Assembly (NCBI GenBank): GCA_012295275.1
Contig: CM022665.1
Span: forward strand, 25,916,001 to 25,980,000
DNA from: Chrysomallon squamiferum
Taxonomy: Eukaryota > Animalia > Mollusca
Direction: 5' to 3'
Length of the DNA: 64,000 nt
The translations under genes and the position numbers were made by a program. The notes beneath the pieces are model-generated. The model had not been told where the DNA came from. It did no database searches and saw only the letters and a list, made by a program, of their open reading frames with translations. Shown here piece by piece: positions 63,005-64,000 of the stretch. Position 1 is the first letter of the stretch. Each line of letters starts with the position of its first letter.

Positions 63005-64000
63005 TTCTATTCTATTCTGTTCTATATATATATTTTTTTTCATCTTTGAAAGTAATTTGCACAGAAAGCTTTCATAGATATGATTTATACCTTCTAACCT
63101 ATGTTCAGCATAAAAAAAAAATTATTTGTAATAGATTTATCAATCAATAGCTAGTTATCATATAATCAGATATTCTTGTACTAAACTATTCCTTAAAATC
63201 AACTAACAGTGTTTCTTTTTTTTTTGCTTATTTCTATTTATTTTCAATTTTTTTATTATTATTAAAAAATAAAATAAAATAAAATAAACAATAATTTAAA
63301 GAAAAAAATGCATAAACATTTTTTTACATATATTTAGTCAATAAAAACGAAACTAATAGTTTTTTTTTTTTTTTTTTTTCTCAAAACAAAATACTGATAA
63401 GGGTAATTATGGTTTGATGATAAGACATCATAACTTTTCTAGCATCACAAAAACATAATTAATATCTTCTTTTTTTTCTAATTGTGCTTTTCTGATCATA
63501 AAAAGTTATGGTATCTTATATTCAGTAAAAAAAAACCAACAACTAACCAATCAATTAAAACATAACAAATAGAAAAACTCAACCATAAACAATGAAAGAA
63601 TTATAAGGAATTAAAGTATCTTAGCAATACTGAATTCTGTTTTTATACATCCATTGCATCCATTAATATAAGAACACACATATATTATAATTTATTATAG
63701 CCCTTCTTTCTCTCTTTTTCACCATGTGTCTGTCTACCTTTTTCTCTTTCTGTTCTTGTTTCTCATGGTTAATCTCTCTCTCTCTCGTGTCTATCCCTCT
63801 CTTTCGGTTCTTTCTTTTAATTTATCCTCTTTCTGTTCTTTATCCAACATTTTATTCTCTTTTTCATCTCTTTCTGTCTCTGTTTCTATCCCATTCTTTT
63901 TCTTTTTTAAATTATCCCTCTATTTTTTTTTTTTCTATTCTTTCTCTCTTAGTTTATTCTTCTCTTTCTCTCTGTCCTTTTCTCTCTTTTCTTTCGTTTG

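Overview
AT-rich, microsatellite-rich, intron-containing animal DNA. The repeat landscape suggests a mollusc, probably a coleoid cephalopod such as an octopus (inference only). Three protein-coding genes were reconstructed exon by exon by hand: neudesin/NENF (minus, 4 exons, 162 aa, ending in REDL); ACTR2/Arp2 (plus, 8 exons, 395 aa), head-to-head with NENF with only 178 bp between start codons; and an R7-family RGS gene (RGS7/RGS6-like; minus, DEP-DHEX-GGL-RGS; 5' exons lie beyond the window end). The main unexplained structure is in the Arp2 introns: four copies of a box C/D snoRNA with the SNORD61/U61-type guide against 18S rRNA, two of them in one intron (sno-lncRNA-like layout), plus H/ACA-like candidates. 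The RGS gene has a cluster of candidate alternative last exons, a candidate 6-nt neural microexon, a candidate 14-nt poison exon, and an intronic 27-bp hairpin minisatellite carrying about 22 sense-strand UGCAUG (Rbfox) motifs. Most ORFs in the supplied track are repeat artefacts. Coordinates were counted by hand and no database searches were run.
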